Source of the DNA: Candidatus Poribacteria bacterium
GTDB taxonomy: Bacteria > Poribacteria > WGA-4E > WGA-3G
Direction: 5' to 3'
Length of the DNA: 64,000 bases
Assembly: GCA_965197475.1 (NCBI GenBank)
Contig: CBDANF010000003.1
Span: 1,824,001-1,888,000 of the forward strand
Shown here: piece after piece, positions 60,920 to 64,000 of the stretch
How the letters are laid out: every line of letters begins with the position of its first letter
How positions within the stretch are numbered: the stretch's first letter is position 1
The notes under the pieces: generated by a model
Database searches by the model: none
What the model was told of the DNA's origin: nothing
The model's input: only the letters and a program-made list of their open reading frames with translations
Program-made: the position numbers and the translations under genes

Positions 60920-61046
60920 TTTAATTCCTCTTGAAAATTGATACAAGATGGTTATTAGACAATCTGTCACTTAAATCTGAGTCAAGTTTAATTTGTTGTG
61001 ATAGTAAGACAAATGACAATTCTAAAGCAGTGAACTTTTTGATCAG

Positions 61047-61394
61047 TTAAGCAGCTACTTCTTCGGTAAGCAGGCGATTTAACAATTCCTCTAAATTAAA
61101 CAGAGAATCATTTAACAGTAAAGGATTGGTCTTCATTTCCTTCGCTTCAAGGGTAAAACTTTTTAACAGTTCTGATGTAATAACAGTATTGTTTAAATCA
61201 AACAGATAATGATTCAATTCTACAAGGTCCGCTTGCATCTTCTCAAAAAACGCCGTTCTGCTTGAAGCTGCTGCATTCACCATATCCTCAATTTCCAATA
61301 CTAATAACCTTTTTAGCGCACGTTCTGTTACCTCTTCAAGGATACCTTCATCTGCAAGAAAATCCTCAAAGCTGCCACCTTCATACTTATTCAT
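61047..61394 (-). CDS. XRE/HigA-like antitoxin (diverged)
   Basis: GGSFEDFL.DEGILEEV...A.KR N-terminus; overlaps the toxin stop. Confidence 0.7.
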   Translation of the reverse strand: MNKYEGGSFEDFLADEGILEEVTERALKRLLVLEIEDMVNAAASSRTAFFEKMQADLVELNHYLFDLNNTVITSELLKSFTLEAKEMKTNPLLLNDSLFNLEELLNRLLTEEVAA

Positions 61395-61752
61395 ACAAAG
61401 ATCCTCCACTTTGCCATAATTTTCTTCGATTTCGTGCCAAATTTAAATCCCTCTGTGGGGGTTTTTGAGATTGTTTGATGAAGCCATGCAACAACAGCAT
61501 CTTGTCATCTCTAATGGAAAAAAGAATTCGCGCAATCCGTCTTCCACTAAGATGACTTCGAATTTCCCATAGTTGATCTTCCATTTTCCTAACAAGAGGC
61601 ATACCCAAAGGCCAACGAAATTGCACCAATCTTATGTCTTCACCAATTGCCTTTCTGTCCGCTTTTTCAAGTCCTCTGAGCCATTGCTGCACAGGAGAAT
61701 GTCCAGAATCAGTATGAAAGAAGATGACATTAAGAGTAGGTTCATCGTTCAT
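61387..61752 (-). CDS. RelE/ParE-family (Gp49-like) toxin
   Basis: WPLGMPLVRKM..LWEIRS..ARILF..LLHGFIKQSQK. Confidence 0.9.
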   Translation of the reverse strand: MNDEPTLNVIFFHTDSGHSPVQQWLRGLEKADRKAIGEDIRLVQFRWPLGMPLVRKMEDQLWEIRSHLSGRRIARILFSIRDDKMLLLHGFIKQSQKPPQRDLNLARNRRKLWQSGGSLYE

Positions 61753-61870
61753 AAAAATATATGCATTGATATCGGATAATCTACCACTGGTTCAAGTTTG
61801 GCACACAAGGTAGAACTTACGATTTACCTCATTGATAGTATATCAGATTAGTAATGATTTTGCAAAGTAA

Positions 61871-61896
61871 AACGGGTGGATATAAATCCACCCGTT
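61871..61896. terminator. Hairpin downstream of the isochorismatase gene
   Basis: aacgggtgga-tataaa-tccacccgtt. Confidence 0.55.
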
Positions 61897-61944
61897 GCAG
61901 ATTAAACAAAAAATTAACTACTACATTCCAACGTCAATATACAA

Positions 61945-62724
61945 CTACTCTGGTAGTCCATCAACCGCCGCAAAGAAATCAGCGTTTGATGCGCTAAAAC
62001 CGTACTGCTGCTCTACCTCCCGAATGGCGATTTCTGTGGTGAATAGGTTATCGTAAGTATCGGGAAACTCTACACCTGTGGTGGCATCGCGAAGTAGAAT
62101 AATGTTATACCCATACCTTGCCATAGAACGGATGCCGTAATCCCTACCTAACACACACCAATTTGTAGCAAAACCAGCAAAGAGCAGATGTAAGATACGC
62201 TTTTCTTCAAGCAACTCGTGCAACTGCTGCCCTGTTGCGATAACAAATTCATCTTCTTGGACATCAATTGCAGGGGACATAGAGAGTTGTGATGCAAGTT
62301 TGTCCCAATGTATACCGATACCCGGTGGTTGACTACGGGGACCTCGGTAAACGGCATAATCTCTTGATCGACTTCGGAAATCAGAAGGTGGCCATGCCGA
62401 AGGTGCGGAGGGTTCAGGCGGTTTGTGTCGTTGGAGTTGTGGATACTGCGCTGCAACGGGCGGCGAAGGAGCATGGACGATTGTCATGCCCACCTTTCGC
62501 GCTGCATCTAATACCGGTACGACGCAGTCAATTGTCACCTGTTTTGCACGTTCAATCCAACTTTCGATGAAATGCACGTTCCATAAATCAACAAGAACCA
62601 ACGCGGTCTCCGCAATCGGCAACGGCATTTCAAACTCACTACGGATGAAGGCGGTTTCACGGCACGGCACATCTGCTGGCGTACTATCTTGGAAGTAGCG
62701 GACACGCAAATTTAAGGTTTTCAT
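61945..62724 (-). CDS. Isochorismatase/cysteine hydrolase family protein
   Basis: TALVLVDLW, GFATNWCV, LLRDAT motifs. Confidence 0.85.
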   Translation of the reverse strand: MKTLNLRVRYFQDSTPADVPCRETAFIRSEFEMPLPIAETALVLVDLWNVHFIESWIERAKQVTIDCVVPVLDAARKVGMTIVHAPSPPVAAQYPQLQRHKPPEPSAPSAWPPSDFRSRSRDYAVYRGPRSQPPGIGIHWDKLASQLSMSPAIDVQEDEFVIATGQQLHELLEEKRILHLLFAGFATNWCVLGRDYGIRSMARYGYNIILLRDATTGVEFPDTYDNLFTTEIAIREVEQQYGFSASNADFFAAVDGLPE

Positions 62725-64000
62725 TCTGGCACCTGAAACAGTGATTCGTCAAGTTCAGTGTTCAACTTCACACTACTGACGCGGTTTTCGGTGTAAAGCT
62801 CACCATCTACATTTTGGATAACATGGTGCGCTATTTTCACACCACCAACTTCGCGAAAATCAGAATAAATAGTTTCTTTGTCCATTGTCACACCTTGTTC
62901 TGTTTCGCGAAATGCTAACTTAATCACATAATGTGTTTCTTCACTGATATAGACCTTGACCATTTCACCTGAAGGTTGTTTCACAAGTAAAACAGCTGTG
63001 GGCTTTCCGAGCACATCTTCTGTTCCCGTATATTGAGCTGCCGTACCGTTCTCTGTAAGATTTATTAGGAGTGGAATCGTGTCTTTGAATAGAGCATCTT
63101 TGAGTGAGGTGGTCATTTCTGGAGGCATAGATTGCGCGCCCATGGCGGACACAGCAAAGGCAGCTTTACCATCAAAAATGATACTGACTTCGCCTTGAGG
63201 GGTGGAAATATCTTGTCGCATTTTATTCGGATAGATCTGATATAATACAACTTTTAAGTCCATTGGTCCCATAGGTGTATTAACAGTGACCTGTGCATCT
63301 GAAACAACATTTTTCACCATTTTCAACTTTTCAATTCCACCGTATGCATCCACAGCTGCAGCAACGATTTCCTTGGCTTTTGCAACGTCAGTCTCATTAG
63401 CTTCAGGGATCGGTTCTGCAGGTAGTGGTTCAGGTTGCTTAATATTAATTTCATTTACTTCACCAAATTCACTTAACGGTCGGTCAAAGTTATCTTGGTT
63501 TCCGACAGTGACGATTGTAAGCGCATCAGGGTGAAGATATTTTTTTGCGACTTCCTGCACATCCTCCACAGTAACCTTCGCGATATTGTCTGTAAAGGTT
63601 TCAAGGAAATCAGGTGCGAACCCACGATAGTCAAGTATCATCTGCTGAAAAGCGATTTGCGAACTGCTCTCGAAACCGAACACGAACGAATTGATCAGCG
63701 AATCTTTGGTACGCTGCAGTTCATCATCCGTAACCGGAGTTTTCCGTAAGTCGCGGACGATGTTGATGATAAGCGAGATAGCTTCAGCAGTTTTTTCAGA
63801 GCCTGGTTGGCAATATGCAAACCATTCGCCTGGGTTCGAATATAAACTTGTCTGCATGAGACTGCCCACCATGTAAGCAAGACCGTGCTTTTCGCGCACT
63901 TCCATCATCAAGCGAGAAGTAAAACCACCTTCTCCGAGAATATCATTCATCACACGGAGTGCAAAAAAGTCAGGAAAATCAGGGGTACGCATGATACCAA
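62721..64000 (-). CDS. M16 (pitrilysin) family peptidase, C-terminal part; 5' end outside the window
   Basis: ILG.GGFTSRL..EVREKHGLAY, VT.EDVQ.VAKKYL, plus an extra C-terminal beta domain. Confidence 0.88.
   Translation of the reverse strand, partial: GIMRTPDFPDFFALRVMNDILGEGGFTSRLMMEVREKHGLAYMVGSLMQTSLYSNPGEWFAYCQPGSEKTAEAISLIINIVRDLRKTPVTDDELQRTKDSLINSFVFGFESSSQIAFQQMILDYRGFAPDFLETFTDNIAKVTVEDVQEVAKKYLHPDALTIVTVGNQDNFDRPLSEFGEVNEINIKQPEPLPAEPIPEANETDVAKAKEIVAAAVDAYGGIEKLKMVKNVVSDAQVTVNTPMGPMDLKVVLYQIYPNKMRQDISTPQGEVSIIFDGKAAFAVSAMGAQSMPPEMTTSLKDALFKDTIPLLINLTENGTAAQYTGTEDVLGKPTAVLLVKQPSGEMVKVYISEETHYVIKLAFRETEQGVTMDKETIYSDFREVGGVKIAHHVIQNVDGELYTENRVSSVKLNTELDESLFQVPE

Noticed and set aside
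1-64000. Genome-wide TGA reassignment (genetic code 4 or 25)
   Set aside because: Several complete genes end in TGA (for example at 36898, 40505 and 31656). The three read-through TGAs all sit at Cys positions of CxxC motifs and are followed by a hairpin.
1-64000. tRNA (including selC), rRNA, selA/selB/selD
   Set aside because: None recognised by eye in this window; the Sec machinery would have to lie elsewhere in the genome.

Overview
A 64-kb bacterial chromosomal window. Gene content suggests Candidatus Poribacteria or a relative (inference from a LamG protein with a VxP..LTTxWGxLK tail, an ECF-sigma fusion, PhyH, sulfatase and BMC genes). The left part holds envelope/lipoprotein genes, a three-gene bacterial-microcompartment satellite locus, tandem serpins and msrP. 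A large Cu/Ag-type RND efflux operon follows (RGPP-motif Cys-rich leader gene, a triple-repeat leader, YHS protein, two TolC, multi-metal-domain CusB, CusA), then an FMN-binding protein and a frameshifted cytochrome c-porin fusion. The middle is an unstable region: two inverted copies of one IS3 element flank an 8.8-kb segment whose inversion split a terminase-like gene, alongside TA modules, IS200, tandem IS1595, IS630 and several MITEs. The strongest hidden signal is three genes that the ORF track splits at an in-frame TGA. These are two tandem HMA (CopZ/MerP-like) lipoproteins with GMx-U-GAC and a peroxiredoxin-like lipoprotein with U-TVC. Each TGA is followed at 21-23 nt by a compact G-loop SECIS-like hairpin, so they are probably exported selenoproteins. 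All family assignments are by eye; no searches were run.
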